Under the pieces are notes generated by a model. It was not told the DNA's origin, made no database searches, and was given only the letters and a program-made list of their open reading frames with translations. From Vicugna vicugna (taxonomy: Eukaryota): a stretch of 64,000 bases of DNA. The translations under genes were made by a program, and so were the position numbers. The stretch covers positions 2,200,686 to 2,264,685 of the forward strand of contig MU058337.1 of NCBI GenBank assembly GCA_013265495.1, read 5' to 3'. Position 1 is the stretch's first letter, and each line of letters begins with the position of its first letter. Positions 13,003 to 24,297 of the stretch are shown in pieces.

Positions 13003-13600
13003 GTTTGTTTTTCTTTTTATCTCAATGTGGATAATTTCTATTGATCTATCTTTGTGTTCACTGATTCTTTCCTCTTGTATGTCCAGTCTGTTGATAGACT
13101 TAACACATTAATTTTATCTCAATATTGAATTTTTTAAATTTACTTTGACTTTTTCATTGTGTTCATTTCTCTACTGAAATTCTCCATTATTTCACACAAA
13201 TTATCTAGTAATCAGTTGTGTCAGATTATTTAACACATTTATTATATTTATTCTGTATCTCCTGTCTGATAAGCTCGACATCTAGATCACATTTGGGTCT
13301 GTTTCTATTTTTCTTTATTCTTTTGTCCATATGTCATATTTTTATTCATATATATTGCAATTTTTGTCAATAAGTTATTTATTAAAATGTTATTAGGAAA
13401 AATGAAGTTGGAATCTTTTCTTAAACCACTTATGACAATAAACTTCATATAGACTCAAAGTAATACAAGGTTCATAAAAATGCCTGATTGTCTTTAAGGC
13501 AATTACAATGTGATTTTTATTTATTCTGAAATGAATACTGTGGACAAAAGAACAGTATTATTATTTAGCTCTGAAAAAAGGCATATCTCTTCTTTTGGCC

Positions 13601-13645
<45 letters not shown>

Positions 13646-14520
13646 AGGTTGCTTAATCCATCTAACACACTTTTAATCTATATCTGGACTTTAGTTTCCA
13701 TTATATTCATTTCATTACTGGCTCAGTATTTAGCAAGACTTGAGACCTAAGCACAAGTGAGACTCCAGACTTTTCTTTGTGTTTTATAACTCAACTACTG
13801 GTTTTCTGAATTGAAGGACCTGTATCTCAGCCTTACTGCCTTGTTTCCAGATTTTGAGTTGTCTGGTGAGTTCTCTTTGCTCACCAGTTTCACATTCAGC
13901 TTTTTACAACTCAGGAGATCTCTCTGCCCTGCACTGCATGCATGGCTAAGTGCATGCAGTGAAGTCCTAGAGAAACTTGGAGGTATTTCTCACTGTTTTG
14001 CTCCCCGAATCCCAGTTTGGGCAGCAGACTTATACTGGGTGAAGTCTCAGCCTTGCTCATAGTTCTCCTGACCCTCAGCTTCAAGAGGACTCTGTATGCC
14101 TCAGTGGGGGCTTTGTTCAGAGCTCCTGCCTTTCCCCTGACCTGGGATATTCCCTGCATGCACTCAGTGAAGGCCCCATTTGGAAAGAAGGAAGCAGATG
14201 GGTACAGATTCTTCTTTGTCTGGGCTTCTTGAGGAGTCTCAGCCACCACACCAGACCTTATGAACTTTTAAAACATTGTTGGTTATTTGGCCTGTTTCCT
14301 CACACCCCTTTCCCTGGTGAATTCCCCCTTCTCCTTTTACTCCACTCAGGATGAAGGCAGCAGTCAATCCTTTTCTTATTGGAAGGACTCATTATCACTG
14401 TCTGGATCTTAGTTCATTTAGCTTAGGGGGTTTGTTTTTTTTTTTTTGGTCTTTTTTTTGAAACTGTGTTTGTTTGGTTGTTTGTTTTTAAGTTATCTAT
14501 CCTGTTCTCATTTTTAGGGC
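13003..14520 (-). mobile_element. Older L1M 5'/ORF1-region remnant abutting the younger L1
   Basis: 'ataatttctattgatctatctttgtgttcactgattctttcctct...tccagtctgttgata', 'tttctctactgaaattctcc', 'ctgtctgataa' are typical antisense L1M ORF1 sequence. The right boundary is uncertain. Confidence 0.6.
13605..13642. repeat. (GT)19 microsatellite
   Basis: Perfect GT dinucleotide run of 38 nt. Confidence 0.97.
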
Positions 14521-15819
14521 TCTTACTGATTCCTAATCCCTGATGAGAAGTGAAAGCTAGCTGCTTTTACGGTGGGGTCCGCTTGCTATTTGTAGGACTT
14601 ACATATGAGTCCAGTGTGGAAAGAGCCAGAAGAAATGTTAATAATAACCATCGTACTGTCTTAGGAACTGCTGTGCCTTTACCACCTGAGCTGTGTTGTT
14701 CATTGCCTCATAGTGTGTCTGGTGCCTTCTCATCATGCGAGTGCTTTGTCTTCCAGGAATGTCATCCACATGAGTAAGTGTCTTGAAAAACTCAATCTGA
14801 TATCTCAAGACATGTCTGAGTCCTAGTTTAAGATCCAACTGAGAATCTCCATGCCTTGCTCTTTCCACACTTCCCCAGCCACACAATGGATTTAAGAAAA
14901 CGTCTTAACAAATTTGTAGATCAATCTGTCTAATTATCAGGAAGTTTCTATTGGGATGAATTTTCAAATCTTGTTTGATTTTACCCAGGAGAGTGATTGT
15001 GGGCTAGTCTGTATGTTTCACAGAGAGTACAGGCAAACGTGTGACTGAGGAAACAATGAAAGGCCCAGAGAAGGGAGTAATGTAAGTAGACTCCCCGAAT
15101 GAGCAGACGTCAAAGTAGTAACCAGGGTTCACGTAGAAGGGGGTGACCAAGAGGAACTGTTTGGGCAAATCTGTGTGATGACAGCAAAGCCCAGACTAGA
15201 AACCACTGAACAAAATTAGTGGTAGAAACAGACAAATACAGAAAAATGTAAACAAAAATGTACCTTTCCAACCAGCTATAGTAACCGTTCCTTTTCACAT
15301 TAAAGCAGAGATATAAAAAAAACTGCACCATGCACTGCAGGAAGTCAGGTCTCTTCCCAGATCTGCACTGCCACCCCTCCACCAGGATGTCTACCAGTGG
15401 CTCACGCAGGCACTCCCTGGTCCCGCTTCCTAGACACCTGCTTCACTGCTTGGAATTGTTTCCTTCATCACGTTGTCCGTGACGCCTCAGCCTCACACAG
15501 TGTCTCACTAGCTGTCTGTTTCTGAGCAGCCCTCATTCCTTCCGTCTTGTTCTCTCTCTAGCCAACACTGTTTCTCCAGCAAATCCGTCTCCTCTATCCA
15601 GGCTTTACATCAACTGCCTCGCCACCATAAATGAGTGTGACTGTAAGTCTCTTCTGTCTAACAAAGAGAGGAGCTCTGTTTCTATAAGGATCCCAATCTT
15701 CCTTTTTAAGTTGATCAGTTCAAGCTACTTCCAGCTTTTTAAAATAGCTATCTTTTTTTCTCTATTTTTACTAATTAGTAATAGAATGTAATTGTTCTTT
15801 TTTTAAACGGTATACATTT

Positions 15820-15980
15820 ATTGACGTATTTCATCCCCCAAACACCATTTGCAGTAGGTACATTTACATTTATTCCATGCTTAGAGATAAGAAAAGAGAT
15901 CTGAAAAGGTAAATTACTTGCCCAAGGTCATGTGTGTAATAAAAGCCTGACTCCTGAGCCTGAAGTCTTGACTACTTTCC
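15820..15980 (-). mobile_element. MIR SINE fragment
   Basis: 'agagataagaaaagagatctgaaaaggtaaattacttgcccaaggtca'. Confidence 0.7.
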
Positions 15981-16544
15981 TCTAGATCATGAATGAATCA
16001 TTAAGCAAGCAGTGGGGTACTGTTCTCCTCAAGGAGTGGCAGAATGTGTAATTCATTAGTAGCTAACAATAGCTTATGTTTTGACCTAAACATTGGCTAT
16101 TGCAAATGCCAAAGACAGAAAGCTAGACTAAAAAAAATTTGTGTTTTACACAATGTGAAAAAAATTTTAATTTCTTACAATTTGATCAAAGATAAAAATG
16201 CCTCTCCCCAAAATATGCACCTTCTCATAATGAAACTCCCATGTGCTCCATGTTTTCATGAAACAATCAAAATGATACAATAACAGCCAAATTACAAAAA
16301 TACTATTTTACCAAAGAATTTGGTGATGAAATTAAATCCACTAATTTCTAAATAATTAGCTTTTCTGTGTTTCGTGAGGCAATTCTAGATGGGTCCATTT
16401 GTGTGTGAGTGAATTTAAAACAAATATCAATTCTGATTTGATCTGTGATGACTGGACTGTGTAACTGTCTGCATTTTTTTCAAATAACTAGTTGAAGGCA
16501 CAATACTTCTTGTATTTTCATAGCTTTGTAGTTAAAACTACCCA

Positions 16545-16935
16545 TATCAGTTAGGAAAGTTTTCAGCTTCAAGGAGAAGGAAACCTGATTCACAGTGATT
16601 TTTAAAAAGTGGGGATCTGTTTTTTCCTGGATGTAGGCAGCTTTGGCATTGTATTAGTGACAGTGATGTCAAAGCCTTCATCGCTTATTTTCTTGTTCTT
16701 TCCCGTGGGACTGAAACGCAGTGGTTACTGTTGCTTTAATCTTCATGCCCACGTTCAAAACAAGAAAAAGAAGGCAGGAGAAAGGGTCATCATAAGTTCT
16801 GCTTCATCTGGAAAGCAAATGGCCTTCCTAGGAACCCTCTTGACAGTCATCCATTTGCATGTCATTTACATCTTTTTGGCAGAAACTGAGTCGTTTGGCC
16901 ACACCTCAGCGACAGGGGCTTGGAAAGGAGGGACC
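16545..16935 (-). mobile_element. Old MaLR solo LTR (MLT1K/L/N-like)
   Basis: 'atcagttaggaaagttttcagcttcaag...aaacctgattcacagtg' and 'ttggcagaaactgagtcgtttggccacacctcagc'. Confidence 0.6.
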
Positions 16936-18041
16936 TGAGCAGCAGCCTCGGCTGGGCCAGCGGTGTTCCATCTGCTGAGTGGCGGGCGCATGTCGGTGCT
17001 GGGTAACAATGAACAGTCATTGCCCTTCTGAATTGTATGACCCGATTCTGGAACTTTACTATGAAAAGTTATTTGATACTCAGTAGTTACACTGGTAATT
17101 CAATCATGTATAAGATCAAAGAATATTTTATATATATACATTTAAAGGATAAATGCAGTTTAATATCTATAGTAATATAAAAATATTTGATGGTAATACT
17201 CACTGCTCTATCCTTTTAAGTCTTCTATTAATTTTGTTGTTGTGTATTTATCAGTTTAGGAAAAAAGTAGAGGTCTGTTTATTTCACAGCCACAAAGAGA
17301 AGTATTAGGTTATAGTGAAATCACCAGAGTTCCTTTCTCGATACCCCCCTCCCCACCCGTGCACATTCAGGAATGGGAATAGTGTTGACATCCACGGAAC
17401 CTAGAACAAATACCGATGTCAATCACATCGAAAACATAAACACGTTTCAAATTCATGTGGATTTTAAACAATCTGTTTTTTCTGGCTTGTAGGAAAATTA
17501 CCAACTAGCATATTGCATTAAGAACAAAATGTTCTTTAATCAGGATCAAATTACAATCTTATAGTAGTATAGTAGTAACACATAATTATATAGATGGAAT
17601 ATGAAAAATTTTTAAGCATATTCTTTAAAATATCCAAAGACACCAGTGTTTTCTTTATTAAAAAGTTATTTTCCAGATCACTGGATAAATGTAAATATTA
17701 AAAATTTGATTTTATTAAGATTAACTGAATTTTTTTACTTCTGTGTGCAAAGCATAGAAAAAAATGGTAACTACCTTTCAGTTTGACGGTTTGAAAAGTC
17801 TGGCGTAATTTAAAAGCAACTTTCCATCTGGCTGGCACAGTAAGCAAATGGAATTAGAAGAGATTTGGTCTCTGCTTCTTGATGTGAATGATAATGATTA
17901 GTGTGATTTCTTTGGTTTGTTTTTATTCCTGCTTTCATTTTTGTTTTTTGGTTTATCTGTGGGGTATCCATGAAGGGTGACATTTCTGTCATGTTATGGC
18001 TTAACAAATAAAACAGGAAAATGTGTGTGTTTCTGGACCAC

Positions 18042-18496
18042 TGTTGTTGCCTAGGCAGCCCCCCTTTTCCTTCCTGGCACCCTCCTCCATGTAACCACAT
18101 GTTTATGGAAGATGACATTGTCCGCAGCCGCCGGGCGAGTCTCTGCTACCCAAAGCCAGTCAGGGTAACCCCCTAGTGGACCAGGGAGTGCGCGCTCCCT
18201 GTTCTGAGCAACGAGAGGTGCGGGGACTTCACTGCAGGGCTTCTTAGAAAAGATTTTTCTTTTGGCAAATAGAAGAGCAGGGCAGGAACAGTCCTTTTTC
18301 TTCTGCCAGACAGAGTCACGTGTACATGGAATGGCTGGAAGTGCAGGAGCCCGTTGAGAGCAGGAGGGCAGCCCCCAGCTGCGGCTGGCAGCCCTGGAGC
18401 CATCCTGCCTGGGCTCGAGTGACAAGATAGGACATGTTTTCCTCATTGCTATGTTGTTTTCTGTTATGTATAGCTCAGTGCATCCTGACCGATACA
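18042..18496 (+). mobile_element. Old MaLR solo LTR (MLT1J/K-like)
   Basis: 'ggcttcttagaaaagatttttct', 'atggctggaagtgcaggagcc', 3' end 'ttttctgttatgtatagctcagtgcatcctgaccgataca'. Confidence 0.65.
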
Positions 18497-18799
18497 GTCG
18501 GCCATATTTAAATCTTCTGAAATCAATGTCCATTTAAATGCAATTTAGTTGTTTTGTTATACAGTAGTTAAAATATAGTGTCTTAAGCAATAGTGTGTGT
18601 GTGTATGTGTGCGTATTGTATTCTTAAGTAGTACTTGGAAGAATTTTTTTATCTAAATTTTAATGGTGACCTTATATCCTGACTATTTGATGTTTTTTGA
18701 ATCAAATAATGTCACAATAAATAAATATATATATATGCATATTTTGTCCATATGGACATATAAACCTTACTTTGTCCATAAGCTATAAATATTAAATTA

Positions 18800-18860
18800 G
18801 GGTGTAGCTCAAGGGGTAGAGCGCATGCTTAGCATGCAGGAGTTCCTGGGTTCAATCCCC
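18800..18860 (+). mobile_element. Tail-less head of tRNA-Ala-derived SINE (vic-1-like)
   Basis: A box TAGCTCAAGGGG, anticodon arm gcatgcttAGCatgc, B box GGTTCAATCCC. Lacks the 3' acceptor-stem strand and A tail. Confidence 0.85.
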
Positions 18861-18931
18861 AATATAGTTCTTTTGATATTGGTATTTTGTAATAGATATT
18901 TTTTGAGTTAAATATAAAAAATAATATTATA

Positions 18932-19063
18932 GGAGAAGGGTGTAGCTCAAGGGGTAGAGCACATGCTTAGCATGCAGGAGTTCCTGGGTTCAATCCCGAG
19001 CACCTCTTCTAAAAAAAAAAAATAAAGAAACCTAATTACCCCCCCAAAGAAACGTAAAAAAAA
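18932..19063 (+). mobile_element. tRNA-Ala(AGC)-derived SINE, camelid vic-1-like, with A-rich tail
   Basis: tRNA-Ala-like head gggtgtagctcaaggggtagagcacatgcttagcatgcaggagttcctgggttcaatcccgagcacctc, then poly-A and the 'aaacctaattacccccc' tail. Confidence 0.9.
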
Positions 19064-19789
19064 TTATGAATGATCATCTCCCTCCAGAGTTAATTGGTAG
19101 TCTTAATTATTTGTTGTCTCATTGTTTCATACCTTTAAGTAACCATTATTATATAATCATAAATAGCTTTTACCAATTACTGTCTTTTTTCCAGAGTGCT
19201 GGTAAAGCATCTCTACCAACATATTAGTACACATTTCTAGATAATTGGCTTGCATTTTCAAATACTTCCAAAATAAAATTTCTAAAAACCTCAAACACAA
19301 GGAGTTTTGAAAAATGTGAATTGGTATAATTTTACCTAATATGGCAGATTGGGAGATGAGTTACTTTATCATATATTAATGTCGAAGTTTATACATCTGA
19401 AATTCATAAAATTAGTGCAATCCATAATGCATGGTCAGTCTTGCAGTACATGTGGTTATAGTAATATAAGAGGACATGAAAGTCATTTCTGATGGTTCCT
19501 AGAGTTTAACCGTAAACTCTTGGGTAACTTTTAACAAATGGAATAATGAGTGTCAACCCGGGAATTTGTAGTTCTAGCTAAATCACCGTGTTCCTGGGGA
19601 TTTTTTTTTAAGAATTCATAGTGCTGTAACTTGTCTTAAAGAGTAGACTAATATTGAGAAGGACAGAAAAAGAAAAGAAATACAGGTGCACCCTCTTCTG
19701 CTTATTAAAAGATTCTGCCCGTCCTTGAGTAGAGTGCTACTTAGGAACGTAAACCGACTGCCCTTTCTGGTTTCTTCTGTGCTTGGTTT

Positions 19790-20150
19790 GACATACTCTT
19801 GGTGTCAGGAAATTCTCCCCTCAAAGCCTTAATCCCTCATGTTCAATTTAAGCACATTTCCTCCTCTGTAATCAGTGAGGAGACCGAGCAGATGGTCACC
19901 ATCTTCTACACACTAAGCCTTCAAGCTTTTTCTTCAGAATAAATGATCCTACTATTTTATAGACTTGTAAAATTAGATGGGACCTTGAAGTCATCCCAGC
20001 CTTCCTCTGCCTTTAGACAAGACTACCCTTTAACCATCCCAAACAGATGAGCAAATGCATCCTATTTTTAAAAGAGATCAAGAGAATCTAATCAAAAGCC
20101 TCCAACAGTCACACATTCCTCTGATGAAAAACCCTCACTTTCAGGAAATC
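19790..20150 (-). mobile_element. L3/CR1 LINE 3' fragments
   Basis: 'gggaccttgaagtcatcccagcc', 'aaccatcccaaacagatg', 'accctcactttcaggaaat', 'aatccctcatgttcaatttaagcacatttcctc', 'tggtcaccatc' resemble the L3 3' region. Confidence 0.65.
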
Positions 20151-22929
20151 ATCATCATTATCATCAAATAGCATTTTCTAAACACCCACATGTGCAAAAA
20201 ACGTTTGTATATTCAGACCCTAAAGAGGGCCCAGGAGGCCTAGAAGAGAGGGCTGAAGAAAACTGCAAAGGTGTAGTAGAGTCTATTCAGGGCAGTGGGG
20301 GAATCTAGCTACGGCATGCACAGACCTACAGCAAACACATCAAAGCAAGTTATTTTTAAGGGACATTCCAGAAACCCCAGAGGATTTTTATGTTTCTATT
20401 TAGGAAAATTGTCTTATAGTTAAAGAATATATCCATTTGAAACAAATCTGTGTTACTTTAAAGTCATAACGTTTCTAACATACGTGATAATGAATCTATT
20501 GCCTCTGACAGATACTGGGGGAGGAACTGTCTCTAAAATGTTTGAGTTCTTTTCTCCCATTTTCAGCTCTTATGCTCCCGCAGAGCCAGAGTCAAAGACT
20601 GCTCTCAGAATTTTCAAACTCCCCACTCAAGGCTGGAGTGTCTCCATGTCCTTCAACTTTTCTTCCAGTCAAGGGTCCCCATTCTCTGAAGGTTGCAGAT
20701 TTCTACTAGGTTTTAATTGAATAGAGCAATTTACTCAGTGGTAAGCTTTCTCTTAACATAAAATCATTTGATTAAAGGAAAAGACTTCCCCATAAACATG
20801 AAATATTGGTATGGAATATACATCAGTATTGACATATCATTCTTTTTATTTTATTTTATAATAGATATGTCCATTCTGTTCCCTGAACTTATTCAAGGCT
20901 TAACATTTTCACTACCAATGAATAAAATGCCTACATTTTCTAGGGAAATGGCAAACTTCCTTATTAATATTATTAAATGTCTCTTACATTTGAAAGCAAA
21001 GGACATAACACTGGATACTTTCGTAAGTGATCACATTTATTCTTTTAATTGCATTTCAGGGTAAGAATATTTATTCTCTCTCTCTCTCTCTTTGATAAAG
21101 AAACTAAGCCTAAAAGGATTTCTTTATGAGAAACTGAATTCAAATACAGGCACCTCTGGTCCTAAAGGATGTGTATGTACAATCATGTAATTAATTTGAT
21201 CTAAGATCAACTAACTAAAGGTAGGTTTCTAGAGTATCAAACAACATAAAACAAAACAGAACAGACTCTTGCTTATTTCCCAATTGCAAAGTGAAGGATA
21301 CACATTTTCATTTCAGGATAAAATCAGTGCATTCTCTGTATTTTGGTCTTGTATTTACTACACAATTAATATCCTTTAATATAATATAATTCTATGAAAC
21401 AGTATAGTGTATATTCTAGGTATTTTTATCAGTTCATATTGTTGGTTATTATGAACAACTGTTTAGATTAGGCTTTGGTCCCACAAGCCTGAAGCTCACT
21501 GGGTAATGCAGTTACTTCAGTTCTGTTCCGTTCAGCTTCTACAACTTCATGATTAAGCAATTTGGAAAAGATTATAGGAAATATGAAGTGTTCCCTTCTG
21601 AAGGAACTGGTGAATTCATAGGTACAGCTGTCCCAGTGAATTCTGTAATCTGTGCAATTATAGGGAGTTCTCATCTTTGAGAGTGAATGGATTGCATGAA
21701 TTCAGTTATCTATATTATCATTCAGTTTGTGTACCAGTTTTGTTATGAGCAAAAAAAGTAATGGATGTACTCCTTAAAACAGTTTCACAAGTTAAAAACT
21801 AACTGCATCTTATCTTTTTTTAATTTAAATCTATCTGTGTGAGGTGATTTTAATCCTCATCAATTTTTTAATATTTTCCCGTCCTGGTAATGATCATAAC
21901 TGGCTCCTGAAGTGTAAGTATAAGGCAAATGTTAGGTTATTGTAAATTCAAGTGGCTTCCACAGTTGATGGTAGAATGATGGTAAGAAACCCCCCTCCCT
22001 CAGTGTCAGTCATCTTGGTAATCGTGCTGCTTCTGCAGGTCAGCAGACCTAGAAGAAACAGTCACTCCTGTTTCATTTTTATGTGCATTTACTTTGGTCG
22101 TCAGTTTGGTCAGGCAACTGGGACTGAAGCCATCCTTGGAACAGATTAGGTTATTGGATTCTTCTATACATAAAATAATTCTGAAAATAGAGCCCTATGG
22201 ACTTCTTAGATGCGTCTTAAATAGTTGTGGTCAGCCAGTGTAAGTAAGACAGAAACTTTGTGGTCAGCCAGCATAACCTTGCTTTGCACGTGGTGAATGC
22301 TATTCTTGTACTGCTACCAACAAAATCATATCTGGAGAACTGACATTTTTACTTAGGGAGGGTTTCAGGTAGGTTTTACAGCATTTCACTGTGTTTGTCC
22401 ACTTAGCTTGTTTCAGCCAGGGTCTTAAAATCCTCCTTGCCTCCTTTGACCGTCACCTCTTTCTTGTAAAAACTGGATTTGAGCAAGATGCATTTAATTA
22501 ATCAGATCCGTTAGGCAGTCAAAACATTGCTTCTCTTGCAATGAAAAGGAAGAGAATGATATCACAAGCAGACGGAAATGACATATGTAACTCTGTTTCT
22601 CTGCGTGGGCTCCAGTACGTGCTTAATCTTGAATTCCCATTTTGAGAGGCTTGCCAAGTCAGCGCTCAGACATTTCATGGAAGATGTTGCTGTGAAGCAA
22701 CATCAAACACTATTCTAATTCTTGACGGGTTATTCTCTACAATTGCACATACCTGGCCTTCAGAATAGGGTAAACTAAAACTCACTGAAGAAGAATAGAA
22801 AGACCATTATTACAATTCTTGAGGAGTTCAGAAATCAATGATCCTGCAGAAGGAGAATAGGCTGTTTATCATCTCTCTGTCTCTTTGATGTCAAGGGAAA
22901 AAATTGCCCTTAAAATCTCAGCTGGTATT

Positions 22930-23125
22930 AGTAGCTTTAGAATTTACAAAGCACTTGTCTGTCCCATATTTCATTGAATTCTCACAGTGTCTTTGCAGTC
23001 AGTGCTAATATTGCATATGGTAACCTGTTTGAAAGCTGAGAAATTGAGGGTCAAAGAATGCATGTCGTTTTCCCAAGGTCATGAGCTGATACGTAATGAT
23101 TCTAGGATTCCACCTCTAAAAGACT
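22930..23125 (-). mobile_element. MIR SINE
   Basis: 'tttacaaagcactt', 'tttcattgaattctcaca', 'gctgagaaattgagggtcaaag', 'cccaaggtca'. Confidence 0.7.
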
Positions 23126-23425
23126 GAGTGAGAGTTGGATCTGGTTTTCCATCTCATTGCAGTGCATGTTTTATTAACAGGACGTCTATCATATATTGGA
23201 GAATAATTTTATTTAAATTACTACATTCAGAATATGTAAAAGTGGTTTGTGAATACTGTTTGATTTGAATAAAACAGAGTAAAACGATTGTTTTTATTTG
23301 CTCACTAGAAACAAATACATACCCTCTGGGTCAGCACTTTTCCAATGATCATGTGATTTAAACAATAATGTTATTCCGGATATTTGAGATTAGGTAAAAT
23401 TACCGAAATGAGACAAGTATACATT

Positions 23426-23607
23426 AGGGTTCTCAATCTTGGCACTAGTACGTTTTGTGCTGAGTAAGTCTGTGGTAGGAAGCGTGTTCTGTGCATTAAG
23501 ATTTGGACTCTCCTGCCCTCTACTTGCTAGATGCTAAGAGCAGTCCCAGCTGTGACAACCTCAGATACCTTGAGACATTGCCTGCCACCCCCTCTTGAGA
23601 ATCACTG
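23426..23607 (+). mobile_element. hAT-Charlie MITE, MER20-like
   Basis: Inverted termini 'ggttctcaa' ... 'ttgagaatcactg'. Internal 'cttggcacta', 'ctagatgc', 'tgtgacaacc', 'agacattgcc'. Confidence 0.8.
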
Positions 23608-23819
23608 CTCCACCTTAGTTGAACTGCCAGGACGGTTGCTCTCTCTTCATATTACAGTGGGCAGTTGGGGAGAGTTGCCACACATTAGCAGAGGTGTTAC
23701 ATCTTGTCACACTTGTGTTGCGGTGGACACATTAGCAGACTGCATGATTCTCTAGTCTCATTCTGCCTGTGAGGGAGGGCAGAACTGACAACATGCCAGG
23801 CTCTCTGAATCTTTCTTTG

Positions 23820-24297
23820 AATCTCCTTCTCTGAAGTGAAGATCTTTAGCTTGTTTTGTTCTTTTTTGCAGAATGTCCCTACTGGGAGTCAACCGGTCCC
23901 TCACACTTTTGCGCATCTTGCAGGTGAGGCACTGACTTTGGTTCTGGATTATCTTGTCATGGATGTTTATACAGCAAACGGCTTTAGACAAGAGAGGTCA
24001 TGTCTCCTTGTGGAGTATAAGGTAGACATGTGCACTCCTTATTGTAAAAATTCAGATTCTCTGAGCGCAGGGTCCTCTCCCTCAGTGAGTGCTGGTTCCA
24101 GCTGATCCTCTTCATGCTCTCCTGTGGGAATTAAGAGTTGCAGAACCGGCACAAAATGTTGATGTGCTACTGCTGGGAGTGATAAACTGTCCTTCGTCCC
24201 TGAGCCAGGAGTCTCTTTGTCTCCCACCAGCATCCATGTAACGACGGCAGCCTGAATTTTGATTTTTCAAGTAAGGCGGTCCTTCCACTATTCGCAT
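23820..24297 (+). mobile_element. ERVL solo LTR, LTR40-like
   Basis: 3' part 'ataaactgtccttcgtccctgagccaggagtctctttgtctcccaccagcatccatgtaac' matches my recollection of LTR40. The 5' boundary is uncertain. Confidence 0.55.

Noticed and set aside
18167..18183. CTCF-like TGGTCCACTAGGGGGTT (minus strand)
   Set aside because: Lacks the conserved C after the G run and lies inside an LTR; unsupported without ChIP.
18051..18533. 160-aa minus-strand ORF (longest in the track)
   Set aside because: Lies antisense over an old MaLR LTR; no recognisable protein similarity.
18938..19010. Functional tRNA-Ala(AGC) gene
   Set aside because: Mismatched stems, a poly-A/SINE tail directly after, and no oligo-T terminator indicate a tRNA-derived SINE.
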